This document shows, piece after piece, positions 61,451 through 64,000 of a stretch of 64,000 nt of DNA. Below the pieces are notes generated by a model. The model searched no databases, had not been told where the DNA came from, and saw only the letters and a list, made by a program, of their open reading frames with translations. Source of the stretch: Octopus bimaculoides (Eukaryota); contig NC_068982.1 in NCBI RefSeq assembly GCF_001194135.2, forward strand, positions 37,148,466 through 37,212,465. Direction: 5' to 3'. Within the stretch, counting starts at the first letter, position 1; the number at the start of each line of letters is the position of its first letter. The translations under genes were made by a program, and so were the position numbers.

Positions 61451-62119
61451 ATGGAAGTTGGGATATATATATAACATTTTTGCATCTGAGTTTTCAGCGT
61501 TTTTCACCCATTTTCTACTTACTAACTCTCTATCTGCTCCCTCCTTGTTTATTCAACTCCAACTATTACCCCCATTGTAATCACTATACCATGCCTCTTA
61601 TGTAAGGAAACAAAACAAATCTATCCATACTCAATGTGTTTCCATTTGTATCCTCCTGCTCTTTCTCTCATCATGATGTCTGAATAATGAGAGATTACAT
61701 CATATTTGTCAGTACCCCATACACCCTTCTATCTACCCTCTTCTACTGCTATTACTCATCACTCTCTCCTCCTCAGTTCACTCTTTTATTTTCATTCATC
61801 ATTCTCTCCTACCATCACCATCTTCACTGTTCATCACTCTCGCTCTCTTTTACCAACAGACATGTATTTTCTATTAGTGTAGCATTACCTTTCTATATTG
61901 CTGGTCACAACACCCTCTCCTCCAGGTCACTCATTACTCATATCCATTACACTCTCTTTCTATTGACCATTTCAACAATTATCCATCACTTGTGCTCTCT
62001 CTCTCTTACCAGCAAACATGTAGTTGCCATCAGTGCTTCTCTCCTACTATCTACTGTTTCTCACTACAGCCAGCCAGTAATATCTTCCATTATTCTTTCT
62101 GTCTGTTAGGGGGTTGGTG

Positions 62120-62250
62120 AATGAGTCATGTTTTGCTTTGTCGAGGACATGACAACCTCTCTAGTGCTAGTGCCATGATAAAATGTGTCCAGTGCACTCT
62201 GTAAAACAGCTGGTGTTAGAAAGGACATCTAGCCATAGAAACCATATGAG
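62120..62250 (+). mobile_element. RTE-tail SINE fragment
   Basis: gtgcactctgtaaa...ggtgttagaaaggacatctagccatagaaacc matches the shared tail motif. Confidence 0.5.
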
Positions 62251-62989
62251 TGAGGTGTGTCTTTTTATTTGTCTAAGAGTGAACCCATGACTTCTCTCTT
62301 TTGTTTAGTAATTCCATAACTGCATCAGAACCATTATACATAAGGCATGTAAGATGTGGAGCCAATAATTCATTCTGATTTACTTTCACCACCATCAACT
62401 TATTATTCAAATAATGTATTAAGATAAAACAATTTTTTAATGATATTTGTATGAAGATACTTATTTACTTAGTTTAAGAATAGACAGAAAAACATGTTGG
62501 ATAATGTTCTGAATATACAAATAATATACAAAATATTTTATATATATTATACAAAATGTTTAGCCAGGCTCTGCAGTAAATTTTATGGTCTTGCAAAGAA
62601 TCATGTATTTGTTCTTGCTATATGACGACTCATCCCACCCCCAACCAAATTACATAAAGTCTGTTTTGATGTGCTCTCTTCACAATTAGAACTATGATAT
62701 CAGCCTCATTCTGAAAGTTGTATGTACAAGGAACACTCCTCCCCCATTATACATACGGCTCATATTTCCACATATACACACATGTAGAACCCATAATCCC
62801 TTGCATATGTATATTATACCACCAACATCTAATTACATTTATGGCTGTTTTGCTAGTAAGTGTGTGTATGTGTGTTTGTATAAGCATGCAGATCTACATA
62901 TGTATGCATATGTATTTTTTTTACCTCTTAGATGTACATATATTTTTTTATTTACTGGCTAATATATCTGTATCTAATCAAGTGTAAAA

Positions 62990-63690
62990 CTTTCTGCCAC
63001 TGAAAATAGCAATTCCAGTGAGGGTATCAATATCAAATCAATCAGTTGAAGCATCTGGCTATGAAAGAGAAGCAACCACAAAAACTTTCATCCTTGCAGG
63101 CACTGAAAACAGATTTAAATCTACCTGCACACTACAAAAATTCCCCTCTTTCTCTCAAGCCCACACCCTTAAGGTTGTCACCATTAATGACAGATTGGTG
63201 AAAGGTAGGTGACAAGAGATTGTAGAAATACTGCAATAAAATCAAGTTGTGCTTTATATTCAAGAAGCAAGATGGTGAGGGACCTCAACCACAGCCCTGA
63301 AGGGCAAGGAACAAATATAAAAGTTTTCTGATCTGAGTAATAGGAGTGGAGTGGTGAAGTTGGTATATTGCTAGTAGAGAAATAGATAGATGGATTAACT
63401 GAAGTAATCAGAGTATGTGATAGAATAATTAATCTTAAGGTGTTCACAGACGAAGCTACAAATAGTGCTGACAGATGAACAGGGCAGGGGTTTTTTTTTG
63501 TTTTTTTTTGAGCTTACCTGTTTCTGTGTCTTGACATCAAATGATGGAGATCACTATCACAGATGCAGTCTTAATGAGCATGCTACATAACAACATGATG
63601 ATTTCTCTGATGAACATGGAAGGTATGGGTATGGCATAAGGAATGAGGAAGGACCAAGAATTCTTTCGAGTTCTTTATTGAAAATGCACC
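62990..63690 (+). mobile_element. RTE LINE 5' end and APE endonuclease domain
   Basis: HTLKVVTINDRLVKGR*QEIVEIL...YIQEARW*G, YKSFLI/FFWxG region, GEVGILLVEK*ID...EVIRVCDRIINLK and HGRYGYGIRNEEGPRIL motifs. Confidence 0.75.
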
Positions 63691-64000
63691 CATATGTACA
63701 TGTGCATGTATTTGTCTGAATGGATGTTTGTAAATATTTGAATGCAAGGACTTTATGGACATAAGGTTAAAAAGTGTGTACCCAATACTGCCATGTAGAC
63801 TATCAAATTATTATTTATTAAGCTCAAATTTCATAACTCTGACTTTCCACATATCTAATTTTGCAATAAAAAAAAAATGGAAACCTCAAAAAAGAAATAT
63901 TCAGGAAATTGAAACAAAACAAAATAGAAGCTTTTGGTTGGCTGTATGCATGAAGATTAATTGAAATAGATAACATTTGATCGCTTGTGTATATAAAAAT

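Overview
AT-rich animal genomic DNA from a short-read assembly, with four N gaps (6779-6788, 9683-9742, 43820-44029, 50285-50356) that all sit in microsatellites. The repeat content (RTE LINEs, tRNA-derived SINEs with RTE-type tails, dense TG/TA/CT/ATG microsatellites) suggests an octopus or other coleoid cephalopod; this is inference. The window is almost entirely intron of one very large plus-strand gene. Only one convincing exon was found (42722-42888, 167 nt), encoding part of a spectrin repeat (dystrophin/utrophin- or nesprin-like; not resolvable from one exon). The rest is layered mobile DNA: RTE, CR1-like, I/Jockey-group and Penelope-like remnants, several SINE families, and one 1.34-kb Tc1/IS630-type DNA transposon with ~255-bp TIRs. 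No rRNA, tRNA gene, CRISPR array or prokaryotic feature was seen. The most interesting observations are: (i) the long-TIR Tc1/IS630 derivative with a perfect 23-bp internal hairpin at its deletion point and CpG-rich sequence; (ii) two RTE-clade copies with twin-priming-like 5' inversions; (iii) a triplicated SINE head that may restore Pol III A/B-box spacing just upstream of the exon; (iv) a young inverted SINE pair bracketing the exon; (v) a candidate recursive splice site at 51657/51658. All family assignments come from hand translation and remembered motifs, not database searches. Most repeat boundaries are approximate.
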